A DNA stretch of 63,379 bases, counting the filler, from Sphacelaria rigidula (Eukaryota), in assembly GCA_964200075.2 (NCBI GenBank). It is 11 parts of 11 records of this genome, joined end to end, with 100 filler letters (N's around TTAATTAATTAA, not from the genome) between each part and the next. Parts side by side here need not be neighbours in the genome. Positions count along the whole stretch, not along the records: positions 23,085 to 28,755 come from CAXNAA020025397.1; positions 28,856 to 34,526 come from CAXNAA020025398.1; positions 34,627 to 40,297 come from CAXNAA020025399.1; 8 more parts are not named here. The stretch is one strand, 5' to 3'. The notes under the pieces are model-generated. The model worked only from the letters and a program-made list of their open reading frames with translations. It searched no databases and was not told the origin of the DNA. How positions within the stretch are numbered: position 1 is the stretch's first letter; each line of letters begins with the position of its first letter. A program made the position numbers and the translations under genes. Shown here in pieces: positions 23,085 to 35,852 of this stretch.

Positions 23085-23390
23085 AGTCATGAGGCCATTG
23101 ACCTCGTATCCCTACAATGCCGGGACGGAGCACGCCGGGTTTTCGCCGGACCAGGCTTTCTAGGGGCTACGGGGGGTACTACTGTTCTATTGGACCCTTG
23201 TTCTGTAGGGGGAGGGGGGGATACTCATGATCTTGCATGCGTACAGAAGTCATACAGCCATTGACCTCGCATCCCTACGAAGTCGGGACGGAGAACGCGG
23301 AGTTTTTGCAGCACCAGGTTAGCAACCAATCACCAAGCGCAAAGCACCGTGATGTGTCCGGCGAGTCGCATGAAGGATGAGCTATTCTGC
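23085..23390 (-). mobile_element. Two truncated copies of the 694-1258 retroposon family
   Basis: CCATTGACCTCG.ATCCCTAC.A.G.CGGGACGGAG.ACGC motifs at ~23095 and ~23259. The second copy ends ATGAGTAT plus a C-run on the minus strand. Confidence 0.75.
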
Positions 23391-24506
23391 CAGGGAGGGG
23401 ATGGGGGGTTCGCCCGCAGTTGTAGTGCAACTCGGTGGAGTTTTTAGTACGCAGCATGATCAACTTAACCAATGACGATGCAAAAAACATCATTAGAATT
23501 GTAAGGCCAAATAAAGGGTACAACATGGTTACCGGGCCTGCGGGATGTTGTCACGGGTGTAACGAGCGACAGGCAAATGCAGGTAGCCGATCAGGTATAT
23601 CCCTGGTTCCCACCACCACTATAGGCACTGCCAAAAATAATAGAAATAACTCGGCAACCCATGCCAGCACTGATTCTACTCATCACAAAATGGCAGGGTG
23701 ACATCTCTTCGGAATTCTGCCGCAGCATGCAGTATACTGGCCGCCGAAGGCTCAAACACGGGACGCCCTCCATCCTTCGTAGGGTCGACATCTTTTCCGA
23801 TGCCTGTTCGTTCACGTTCACAAGTCCCGATATGACGCGTGGACACACACACTGCCGTCTGTACAGTACTACAGGACTGTGTTGTTGGTTTGACCGCACT
23901 GACCTTTCCTTTTTCAAAGTTGACAATCCTGCTGCGAAGTGTACCATTTCACTTGAAAGCCTACCACGATGGAACAAGGCGCGGACCAACGAACTGCACT
24001 TCCAAATGGACGAACACGACAGGCACACCGTATAATAGTTCACTAGCAGAGCGAGGCGCGAGTTCCATCTGTCCTGGTGTCCGAAATTCAACACTCCTCA
24101 TCACGGCGTTTTGTCTACCTTCCTTATATACGTTCAACTCGTGACCATATACGGCAGGACTCCTCGGGGGGGGGGGGGCCCAAACAATATGACTNNNNNN
24201 NNNNTGGTTTTGTTTATCTTCTTACATTATGTTTTTAATGCTGATGCTTATGTGCGCCTGGCCTCGGGGGGGGGGGGGGGGGACCAGTCAATGTGACTGT
24301 ATACACATATATACATCTATCGGACCGCCGACTGTATACCAGCTCGTCAGACGGCCAAAAAAGCAAGGTATAGGCCCGTTTAGGCCATGTCTTATCATTT
24401 GTTTTCGACTGGAACGAGTTCGTGCGGCGGAATTGATGTAGTTTGTTTTGCTATTTGAAGGTCCGACCAAATTCGCATGCTTTGGATCGAAAAAGCTACT
24501 CGTGAG

Positions 24507-26072
24507 TAGAGGTGGGCACCGGATACCGTGAACAAGGAACCGGTTACCGGAGAAGAGGCGTTAATCTCAGAAACAAAAAACGGTTTAACCGGTTCTCTCT
24601 CAGCAGGTTCAACCGGTTCACCGGAAAATCGATTAAACCTGATGAGCAAGGGAAAACGCCTCCAAATCATTGAAGCGCAGGTGAATTAAGCGTTGTTGTC
24701 GCGTGTTTCGTGTGTGGTGGGGGATGGATACGCTCAAACACATCTATTACAGGTGACGGCAAGGTTCAATCTCCCACCTTCGCACCCATGCAACACCTGT
24801 CGATCTTACAGCACAGTGGCTGGTGACAACGATTTGAATGCGTGATAGGAAATGGTGTTGGCGATTACTCGAACAGCTGCTGTTCAAATCTGGCACCCAA
24901 CACCTAACTCTAGCCAACACAGGGTGTCGAAAAGAAATCTACGGTAGTAGGCGTCTGACCTGTTCATTTTGTAATTTCTTCGTACTTGGCGATTTTTTTA
25001 GCTCTTTCGCTTGCCACCGCTCATCACATCGGGGATCTGAAGATACCTGTATCCGCTCCACATTTCAAGGAGAAAAAAAACGTATGTACTCCATATTGAG
25101 CGACTTACGGGCTTACCGGTCATCGGGGGTCCTGCCACTTTTCAGCCCAGATTCCAACTCTTTTCTTCGGTTTTTTCGGTCGATGGAGCCTGTCCCGATC
25201 GTATTTGTGAAGAAATGAACTGGCTTGCTCTTTTGAAATTTCACCTACTCATTGCACTAGAGCTGAATAAGTAAACCCTCCTGATAAAGGGGGTATCTAC
25301 TCCTATCGCCCGATAACCCTCCCAGCACTAACTTGGGCAATGTGTTTTGAGGACGATCTGCGTATTTCACCAAAATTTACCGCCGCTAGCACTCTCGAGA
25401 AAAGTCCCAATACAACCCTAAACAGTTCAGCAGCACCCAGTAGTGTATTCATCCCACCCCCGCCCTCCCTTACAACCCAACACACGCGGCCATTCAGCTA
25501 TCCCCAGAGATACTCTGTTCCGGTCATCTTTTCGAGCCTCCAGAGGAATTAAACGCCTCCAGAGGGTGTGCTGCCTTCTAGAGGGGTGGGATGGACGCCT
25601 CCAGAGGCTGGTTTTGCCTCTGGAGGGTCGCGCATCCCTCTGGAGGAATTCGGAGGATGAGCGCCCCTCCAGAAGATTCACACCTCCGAAGTCACTGGAG
25701 CATCAGATGCCCTCCAGAGGATTCGTTTCATGACCGGAACCGAGTATGAAGTACCCTCTAGAGGGTATTTTTATCCTCCGGAGGATCACTTTACCCTCGA
25801 GAGGATGAAAATCGCGATAGAGAATCTTCAAGGTGGTAGCAAAATAGCCGCGTGTGAATGCCCAACAATACGAGGGAGGAGCAGGGGTCATGCCATTCCT
25901 CAACTTCAAACTTTGCAATTGAACCCGTCACACCGTTTCGCCGGAAAAAACGGTTCAAACGTCAAAGTAACGCCTCCTTTCCCCGGTTTAACCAGGTACT
26001 GCAACCGGTAAACGCCTATTGGGGTTTCCGAGAACCGGTTGTAACCAGTTTTTTTACAGGTGCTCACCTCTA
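24507..26072. mobile_element. Non-autonomous hAT-like element with nested insertions
   Basis: TIRs TAGAGGTGGGCACC / GGTGCTCACCTCTA with AACCGGTT-rich subterminal motifs at both ends. The 8-bp flanks CTCGTGAG and CTCATGTT match at 5/8. Confidence 0.65.
25530..25830. repeat. CCTCCAGAGG-rich dispersed repeat
   Basis: Reverse-complement copy at ~60858-61075 (GGAGCATCAGATGCCCTCCAG, TGACCGGAACCGAGTAT). Confidence 0.75.
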
Positions 26073-27687
26073 CTCATGTTACCCCTACACACATGACTGT
26101 TAAAAAAATCATGTTACTCGGACCCATCATTTGCGCGATACCGAACATGGCTGGATCAAGACAAACAACCAGCGCCGGTATATACCGCTCGACCGGCTGG
26201 GCCAGACCCCGTGTTCCTATTGAAGGAGCAACGTACAGCACAGTGCGGATATGCTGCACCGCCAGGGTATGGCTTGCACCCGTCAGCATGGCGGCTGCGG
26301 CCGCTGGCAACGGCGCCAGCGCTCGAGGTCACGGGAAGACACGACCAGCCATAATATGATGGGGACAAACTGATACACGAGCATCGCGATGACCCATTGT
26401 ACCACTTGCTGTCCGCTTGTTGTTCTATATCCGTCCCGGCATACACCACAGGTGTGACGCGCGTCTGCGAGCCAACCACAAACATGTTTCACTATGTAAC
26501 TCACTACGAAGGTCACATTTCATCGGCGCTAGATTCCGCCCATTGTTCACTCACTGAGGGACCTCTGATTGATTAAATTTCACATTTCACCACGAAAATC
26601 TATCCCCATGTATGGGCGTTGTGCCGGTTCTTGAGCAAGATATGGTTGGTGGTTTACAGCTCAGATGCAACAACAGTCACCCAATGCCTATTTTTCAGAC
26701 CCGTGCGAGTGGCAAGTGGAACAAAAGAGGGTTTCCTATTTACCGATGTGCCGTACCAGACCCTGGAACCTATTGCTGTTTTTATCATGGGATATTTCGC
26801 AGTGTTTTTGCTGATTATTGTCGATGGATACAATTGGACACATTTCATCCGTTGCGTGGTATGATTGGACAAACCTCACCCGACCTCTCCAGGGAGGACA
26901 TTTTTCCTTCACCCGCCGCGTGTGCTACTGTCTCCTTCTCTTCGGTCTTCCATATAAAATGGTTTCCGCCGGCTTTTCCTGCTACGATGTTTTCCTCTTC
27001 GTCAGGGGATAGGAGAGGAGGGTCCCAAAAGGGTTAATACGATGTGCAGATCACGGCCCAACTCGCCTGTGTTCGACGAGATATTGCTTCGTGAGCTTAA
27101 ATCCGCGCCTAGGCCATCCCGGCTCGTAGCCCCCACGACCGCCAGGTGTGGGTCGGCAACTGAATCGGCGTTATATCCTAACTTGAAAAATGAATAATTC
27201 ACTTAGATAACAAACGATCCACCCTAGCCCTCGGAGATGCATCATAACACCGTCCGTGTCATTTAGCAGAGCCCTGGTCCGTTCTCGCGCGGTTCTTGAA
27301 GCGGTGCATCATGAGGGTTTCTTACCGGGATATAATTCGGACTGCTGCAGAACAGTAACATTCATTTCTTGAGTCTTTGAACGTAGACAAGTATGCCGCG
27401 CATCTCGTCTCCATGAGTGCAGCTCACCTGTTCCCCGTGTTGCATACCCACAACCGGGAAGTCTGACTTGCAATCCGACATAGTGAGGTCGACCCGTCTC
27501 TCATGTAGTTGGCAGGTCTTGCCTCAACAGCTCAGATCTGCGAAATATACATAATAACAAGACAAAGCGAGAAGTCAGAGGCGACCCAGTTCTTGCTGCC
27601 ACTTCAGTACATGCAGATGAGATAGATACCGCGCCGGTTTCCAGCGAGAGCGTTTCATCAAGGCACCTGGAAACATACCCTATCACC

Positions 27688-28275
27688 CAAGCGTCCGTCG
27701 AGAGAAAAAACTCGGACACGGAGCCCCCCTCCCCTTCCGGAGAGCAATTTTTCGAACATTGTCATGATTTTTTTTGTGTTGTTTTATTTTTTGTTGTTGA
27801 AATTGTTGAAAGAAATTGATCGACAAACACTGACAGAAACTGAAAATTCTGGCGGGCTTTGCGAGATTCGCTTCCGCTCCTTGCCCGCCCCGTATCGTGG
27901 ACCTCGGATGTCGGCAACGCTCACACACATTAATGTACACTACACGAGCGCACAGTAGCGGCAGCCCGTAGCCAAAGTAGCAACATTATCTCACAATTCG
28001 CCAAATTTGCCCGGACTACTAGTGGTGGGTAGTCGAGGCATACGACACGGAACATGAACCCATAAATGTATTCATGGCAAGTGATGAGGTGCGTCCGTCA
28101 TCTCAGCGGTCTTCATGCCAAGGATCTCTGTACACGGCAGCTGACCGCACCTGTCAACGCCACGGGAATAAACTAGGGGACAGCGGGCTGAGTGTCTCCC
28201 CCCCTCTCCCTCAAAAACTCGAATTTTCGATCTTGGGGCCTACGTGTCCCAAAACATATTTTAGACAGACCCTTG
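27688..28275. mobile_element. ~590-bp MITE (CARGGTCTGTC-type TIR)
   Basis: Imperfect ~32-bp TIRs ending GGACAC. The flanks share ATCACC (CTATCACC / CATCACC). An inverted copy lies at 57790-58395. Confidence 0.75.
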
Positions 28276-28614
28276 CATCACCTGTAAACCGAGTACTCAG
28301 AACCCCGCCTTGAACTCGGCCGTGTGCAGCTACTCAACTGTGACGCAAAAAAAGCAGGTGCAGCTAACGACGCCGCGGAGATCGAGCACGGTGCACAACA
28401 GAAGGGCCGAAAAAATCGACATTTTGAATGAAGCTGTGACATCATCAAGTTAAAATGAAAGAATTGACCCGACAACAAATGAATATCCGTTCGATCAATC
28501 CCACACAATGTTCATACTGTACGACCCTCCCCCCCCCCAACGAACTTCGTCCCGGCTTTGTAGGGATGCGAGGTCAATGGTCTTATGACTATGGCATGCA
28601 TGATCTGTTGAGAA

Positions 28615-28755
28615 TAATTAGAGGAGAGAGCTTGGGAAGGAGTATTAATAGGATATGATTCTGATAGTCCAACTTACCGTGTTTACGACCGCTACTCCGG
28701 GAGAATATTGAGCTCCCGTAACGTCACCTTCATAGAACAAGTAGTTGGAGCCCCT
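28615..28755 (+). mobile_element. Ty1/copia integrase C-terminal (SH3-like) fragment
   Basis: LEERAWEGVLIGYDSDSPTYRVYDRYSGRILSSRNVTFIE, the copia G..GY....YR.Y.......SR.V.F.E motif. Truncated by the contig end. Confidence 0.85.
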
Positions 28756-28898
28756 NNNNNNNNNNNNNNNNNNNNNNNNNNNNNNNNNNNNNNNNNNNNT
28801 TAATTAATTAANNNNNNNNNNNNNNNNNNNNNNNNNNNNNNNNNNNNNNNNNNNNTAAACCCTGTAGACCCCCTCCACAGGGTGCTATCTGTCCACGT

Positions 28899-31800
28899 GT
28901 GGAACCGCCTAAGCTCGGATCGCTGGTGACGCTCGTGTTCTCCGTGGCACTTCACGACCGAGACTGGCCATTGCAAGACGTGGTCCTCGATCGCCTCGGA
29001 TTCGAGGAGGAGGAAGGGATCAAACCGGTGAGCGCCGTCTGTGCGACATTGACTAGATTATCTAGTGGACCATGCTCCCATGATAGGTTTGGAGTCGAAA
29101 AATAAATAAATAGTAGATATAGCCAACCTTCTGCTCGGGTCCGTGTACACGCCCCTGTTTCATGTCACACCCAGGACAACATCGCTTCTTCAGATCACAG
29201 CTGTGTGATGTCACGCTCGCTGCCTGTCCCTGTAAATGAACATGGGCCCCATTGTACATGATCTGCGTGATTAACCTAGCCATGTACCCATCTGGTGTCA
29301 TCTCGCCGATTTCGCCTCATACGCGTCATGTTCGACAGCCGATACAGAGGTCCTCGCTGGGAAACCTCCAAGCCTACTCTTACTTTTTTGGTCTCGACAA
29401 ACTCTGTTTGACTGATGGTCACCTGCACAAGCTTGTGCGGAAGAATGACATCAACCAAGCGGTCATGACCTACTGTCAGGTGTTGAAGCCGTTGAATCTC
29501 GTGCACGATGTTGCATCCACCTTCATCAGCGGAGCACACGTGGACAGAGGTCATCAAAGTCACCTTGACGACACCGGTCGTACTTTGAGGGTGAGTCTGC
29601 AAGTGGCAACTGACGATAAGGAAGATGCCGACAAGATAGCCGCGTTGCGGTGGCAGCAACTTCAGCTTGATTTTGCTACGGCATCCGCAACGTGGATTAA
29701 TGAGCACGAAAGCCGTAAGGCGATACAGTCATACGCTTACACGGCTACGAACCCCAACACGTCGGACGGGGCTAAGGGAGTAACTGGGAACGTCTTCGAT
29801 TGACTGGACGCCGCATATCACCGGGTGTTCAAGGACGCACTCAGCGGGGCGAAGTCCACGACTTTGGCGAAAGCCTAGGGACGGATTCAGAAGAAGAACC
29901 CGCGACACAGCAACAAGAATTCGTACACAATGGGAATGAGGGAAGTGTCCCACGCGTCTGCGTGGGCGCACCCATACATTTTCGACAGTCGCACCATCTA
30001 CGAATTCGTGAGTGCATGAGTTGTTCGCAACAGCGACCGGTTTACATAATATGCAGATAATGTGAAACCTAAACAATATATTAGCAGCGACGTCAGTATA
30101 TCCGACGCAGACATCGAATGGGTGCACTCCCAGTCAAACGGGGAACGAGTGTATTACAATAACGAAGACATACGAGACTCGGTTTCTCAAACCGACCCGC
30201 GTGCATCATTTAAATCGTAAGAAATAAATGTATTATGCATCATTCAAACTCCGATAGTTATACGCTTAACGGCATGCCATTTGGGAATGCGTTCATCCCC
30301 GTGTGTGATGCCAATAGTCAACTTGAGATACATGGCTTACCTTTTCCACGGAGCAGTATACCGGCGGATTAACTGGGATGTAAAGGCTACCGTCGACAAT
30401 CCAATCCCACAAGCCTCGGGAGCAAGAATGACAAATAATCGGCAATCGCCCATCCCCATCCCCATTGCAGATATTCTCTCCGTTGTCAACTTGAGGTTCG
30501 TGCACCCACTGTCTGATATACCCATACCTCGGACCAGATGACGGAAACACCACAAGGAGCCAAGGACACGAAGAAGGCGGCGACCACACGGAAGCTCGTC
30601 GTCATCTATGCCCTTCTGGGGATGCTGCACACGCAGCATCTTGCGGAAGGGTCTACGGATGTATGCGACGACTTTAGAGCCGTGGTAAATATCCTCAAGT
30701 GTGAGGATGATGCCCTGGAGTTCAACAAGCTGTTGGTGAGTGATCTGCCCAAACACCAGGTATATGACGGTGACCCACATTTCCTGACTGAGACGGAGAG
30801 GAAGTACATCAAAGGCGTAATATTCCCTGGCGGCATCAGCGACGCAGTGGCCACGAAGGCGGATGCCGCTCCCACCACCGAACGAGCGAAAACCCTACCC
30901 GGTGAGTTCTTACAACCCCTCGAAAGAATATAATTTTTCCAGATGTGTACATGTGTTCGCGAGTGACACGCGGGGCCGACGTTTCAGTAAGAAGCGCGAC
31001 AGATGGTTTGCGTTCATAACTTACGTGGTGCACGGCGAATTGCACTATATATGGTCACATAATGGTGATGAGCATCATGGACTGCCATACTCACTTCACG
31101 TCCGAATATCTGACGGGAGTTGGTCATCTACTCACTCGTTATTCGATACGTTCATCATTCCATCACTACTCGCAACAATTTGTGCATCACGCACAATTGT
31201 AGACCGACAGTCGCTTTCTGAAACCGGGAGAGAGAATGCTCGATACCCACGGATCTCATCAGCTGTTGGATAAACGGGGGATGCTCATACACACAACGCG
31301 GAGTCACAATATGTCCTCATCGGTTATACTCACTCATCGTGGTAGGCGAATATTGTTACATGCCACAAGATTCAACACACATAATAACTCCATCAACATA
31401 CGAGGGCAACACACACTCCCTCATCCTCCCTCTCTTATCTCTGCACAGACGTCAACATTGAGGCGCACACCATTGAATTCAGGATCGACGACGACGAGTC
31501 TCCGCCGACAACGATGCCTGTACCTCTTCCTTTATGTGAGGCGCTCGAGAAGGTCATTGGCGGGTCCGATGGTAGGATTCACCTAAGAGTGAAGAAGAAT
31601 AAGACCCACTAGTGAGTTATACTAGCGACATCATTGACCTAACGCTACCGCCCCCCTCTCTACCCTCGATTTGATAATTGGATAAGACCATATCAAATGC
31701 TGCTGTGCACCGCGACATGTGGGGGGGATAATGTTGATTTTCCCATGTGTTACAGTGGAGACGATGACATGTTGAAGACGATGTTTGAATGCTGACGATA

Positions 31801-33268
31801 CGGTGGTAGCTATTGCAAGCGTGGTGCGGAATATGGTGCGGTATGCAAATATGGTGTACATGACCACGACGCAGATGACCCAAACTCGTCGTCAGCTTGA
31901 AAATCACAGGACCACCGTCGACGGTGAATAGTCACGATATCTTATCGCCGCCCTCATGTCAACTGCTATGCCGACAGGAACCCATCAAAATCGTACACGC
32001 TCGGCGCGCCTAACGCTAAGCGGAGGAAGGGGGACAAGCGCTGCGTGCCCCCAGCCCCCAATTCAGAGAAAACCTCGTCGGTGCCTCCTTCACAACCGCC
32101 GAAGCCCGTCTCTTCATCGGAGGACGGCACTGTCGCTGTTCGTGGTACCGATAGTGGAGACGACGTCAACAGGCGCAACAATAACGGCGGCGCGGCGTGC
32201 GGTGGAAGTCCGAGCAGAAGAGGAGGTAAATTTGATGTGGGTCGTGAAGAGGATAGTTGTGATAGTGATCCGAACAATAAGGAGTCGATGGTCTCCACCA
32301 AGAAGCGACACAAGGAAGGTGGCGTCTATTCATCCGATGAAGATGACTCAGGGGGATCCGAATCATCCTCCCACTCGGGACCCGACGACGCCGTCAGCGA
32401 ACACCACAGGGATGGGAAGGCGGGCGGTCCTATGGCAGTAGGCGGTGGTGGCGCTTTGGTTGGTGCAAGTGCCGTTCACCCTCCTGATGAGTGAGGATAT
32501 ATTACATCCACGCGTGCAGGAAATTAGGAAGTAACGGACAAACTACATACATCTGACTGTACAATCAGAGATACAATAATAATGTGAAATAACGGTACTC
32601 GCCTCGCGATAAATTTTAACGAAGGAAATGCCCCCCGGTTTCTCAAACCGGGCAGGCGCCATCTGTATCGCCGGAGTATTTATTTCTCGCAATTCCCTAG
32701 TCTGTACGAAGCATTCGAGAACGCTACGTATCGCGAGGTGCGTTAACACGTCGGTGGTTTTCGCCCCCGTCCCAACATTTGCTTCGCAGTGTTACAGCGA
32801 AGCTGCGGCAGGTTATCAACGAAATCCACGCTAAGATCTCGGCAGGATTGATCCCCAAGAAGGAGGCAGACGTGTGGAACGCGGTGGTTACTGACCTGCA
32901 AGATACAATGGAACGCGACGACTCCACAACAACCCAAGAACGTCCACTTGCTCGGAACGTAGACGTCGGCGACCGCATCCGCAAAGAAGGATATGAGTTC
33001 TCCACGGCCTACGTATTCGCACCGTATTGGACAACGCCCCAAAGAAAGGGCGAAAATAAACTGTCCCAATCAGAGTTTAATGACGAAGTGTCCAGGCGGT
33101 ACATTTCCCCCCCCCGGAGATGGGTATGGATCCCTCCTCCAGTTGGTTAGAGATAAAGAACGGGAGTTCCCTAAGTCTGCCGCGGATGCCGCGATGTGGC
33201 GTAAGACGAAACGAGGCGTAGAGAAGAGACGTACCTCCCGGGGAGGGAGTTCGGCGGGCCAATACTGA
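28899..33268 (+). pseudogene. Unassigned multi-exon gene, apparently pseudogenised
   Basis: Coding-like plus-strand blocks with splice signals: ..29027|GTGAGC; CAG|29348-30007|GTGAGT (in-frame TGA at 29801 and TAG at 29876); CAG|30538-30901|GTGAGT; low-complexity 32045-32494; CAG|32790-33268 with a frameshift at a C-run. No family recognised. Confidence 0.45.
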
Positions 33269-34956
33269 GTAGGAGTTTGAGTCGCAGACGTAGTGTGTAG
33301 GCCTATCCGGGACGTTTATGGGGGGGGGGGGGTGAGCTTCATTACGCCCAAGCAAGCGCTCGCCATTTTACACCACCTAACTCGCCGAGTGGATTTCCCT
33401 TCGTTGTATTGTGCTCGAATACATGTGTTGACCCCGACGAAGAAAGCAATAGTGCTTCGTTTCCCCTACGCGTCGAGAAGTCCTTCAATTGTTTTGTGGC
33501 AGGATAGAGACGGTGGCTGCCTCGGTTCTTCATGCCTTCGCCTGTAGGTCATGCGTATTTTCTACATGTTTCTGGATATCTGTCGACGGGTAACAGGGAT
33601 ATGCCCATCGAGTCGCGTGAGTGGCGTGTATCGCTCTTTTAGCAGTGATGTTGTACTGTCAGTGAAGCTCATCTATGCCAAGTCCACGTCATGCACATGT
33701 AATTTGGCCATGAACGGTTTCATTTGATCATGACGACTTCGGCGCTGTTCGCGTCGGCGTCCGGTTCGTCGCGTGGTTTGTCGTCGACGCTCCATCTTCC
33801 TCACAGCCAGGCTGAGGTAGCCCCCTCAAAGAACCAGCCCGAACCCCCCACGAAGGAAGTGGTCGTACAGCGCCTGATATTTGGTTTCAGGGTGTATGAA
33901 GCGACTCGTTGGGACGACTACGGCAACCCCCCCCCCCCCAATCCTTGATATTCGAAGCTGCTCGTTGTGCCCGGCTTTTCTCGTATCGATTTACGTGTAC
34001 ATTTGGCGCCCCAAAACCAGCCATTTCTTGTGAAGAGTCTATCTCGGCATCAGGACTGTAGCATGCTCCTTGCCGGATGACGGATGTATTGGACCTCGCA
34101 CAAAAACTTCGAGGTGTGAGGAATTGGAACGAGGCTGCGGTTCCAACATTGGGTTGTTCCTTCGCAGCAGTTTCGCCCACGTGAGAAGAGTGGACTAGCC
34201 CTAATTCAGTTATAGCACCCAAAAGGGTCGTTTCGTCCTCGCGAAACCAGCTCGAACGGTCTATATTTCCACCCCCTCTGCACACTTTTGTGGCCGGTTT
34301 GTGGGGGGGCTATCTCGGCAAGAGTCATCGGTAACCCGGTTGCCTGGCTTACGCAGTACGTGGCGGGGTTTATAGCGTCATCGCCAACCGACGCCAACCC
34401 CATCGTAGTCCGCCCGTACAACGCCGGAACGAAGCGCGTCGGGTTCTGGCCGGACATGGCTGGGGCGGGGGGGGGGGGGGGGGGGGGAGTTATTTGTTGT
34501 TTTCCTTTGTCTTTTGCTTATTGCCCNNNNNNNNNNNNNNNNNNNNNNNNNNNNNNNNNNNNNNNNNNNNTTAATTAATTAANNNNNNNNNNNNNNNNNN
34601 NNNNNNNNNNNNNNNNNNNNNNNNNNGAGGCACGCGGCCAGAGGAGGCGTGCCCGTAGCGTGGCCGCGTGCCACTGTGAAACCACAAGCCGCCTTGCCGC
34701 ATGACAGCGACACACGTTTCCACCTTTTCGGGGTATGCACGTCGGCCTGCTCAGCACGCGGTTCTTCTGTAGAGGTGGGTGGTATCGGTCGTTTCGCGCT
34801 CAATGAAAAACCCGACAGCATTCTCGTGCTACCTCCCCCTCGCGCTGCGGACTGTCGGCGACTAGATCGGCGGGTGCCGCCTGCCAATGACGGTAGGCGC
34901 TCGTCGTCAGCGACCCGTATGCCGTCGCTGGTGCTACCCGGCGACGGTTCTGCCGG

Positions 34957-35852
34957 GTGTGTCCCGGTAGTTCTGTGTACTCCGGCGATTTCTTGTGCTG
35001 CGCGTGCCACCGGCGGCCGCCGGACACCCGAGGCGCCGAACCCCTATTTCGGCATCCTCCCGATGACGAGGTGGTCGCCGATGCCGCGGAATTTTGGAAT
35101 AGGATGTCAACAACAGGCGCAGTGGCACAGATGGCAGTTGTGGAGGGTTGGATGCCAAGCTGCGGACGTCTGTGTTCCGCCCTCGATTGAGGACAGAGAA
35201 GCGGAGAGAGCACCGGGCGGCGGTGAGGTGCGTAGCATGTGGGCGGGCGCCACAGACGGTGTCGAAGAGGGCCGAGTAAAAGTTTCGATCATTTCGAGCA
35301 AGGGATGCCAGGGTGATGCATCTGGGTGGGGAGAATATCGATCTAGACGCAGACAGCCGCCTCTGCTGCAGCTGCCTCTGGACCTTTCGCGAGAAAGTCG
35401 AGAGCACGTCGTTTAACAGGGGAGAGGACGGCAAGCGAACGGTTGACCAATACCTCCTGCACCTCGATAGCTCGGACGCTGCTGGGACAGGGGCGGTTGA
35501 CGCTACCTTTCACATTACCACGCGAAATGAGGTCGCTGAGATTACCGGCAGACGCTTCGTCGATATGGGCGAGGCCATAAATATCATACAGGAGGTGCGT
35601 CGCCAAGCGGGATTATACGATTCTGCCGACAGGCTTTTAAGTAACGATGCCGCCAGAATCCTCTCCCAAGTTCCCTCCGTTATCAGCGGCGTTCGCGACC
35701 TCTCTCCTCTGGGGGTGATATCGATCACGACGGCAGGCGGAATTTCGGGAGCTCATGCAGCTCGTGTTCGATCAGTGGTGGGTTGCGGGTACCTACGCCA
35801 GCGAGCGCGAGCTTCAGCGGGAGAACCGATGAGAAGCGGCGCTTTTACGTGA
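34957..35852 (+). pseudogene. Decayed GC-rich coding region with LCCxC motifs, family unknown
   Basis: Consecutive plus-strand frames 34957-35190 (DFLCCACH) and 35313-35852 (SRLCCSCL) separated by stops or a frameshift. Confidence 0.35.

Noticed and set aside
26975..27010. Hammerhead ribozyme core (CTGACGA..GAAA on the minus strand; similar at ~5255-5272)
   Set aside because: No stem II can form between the conserved boxes, and stems I and III are unconvincing.
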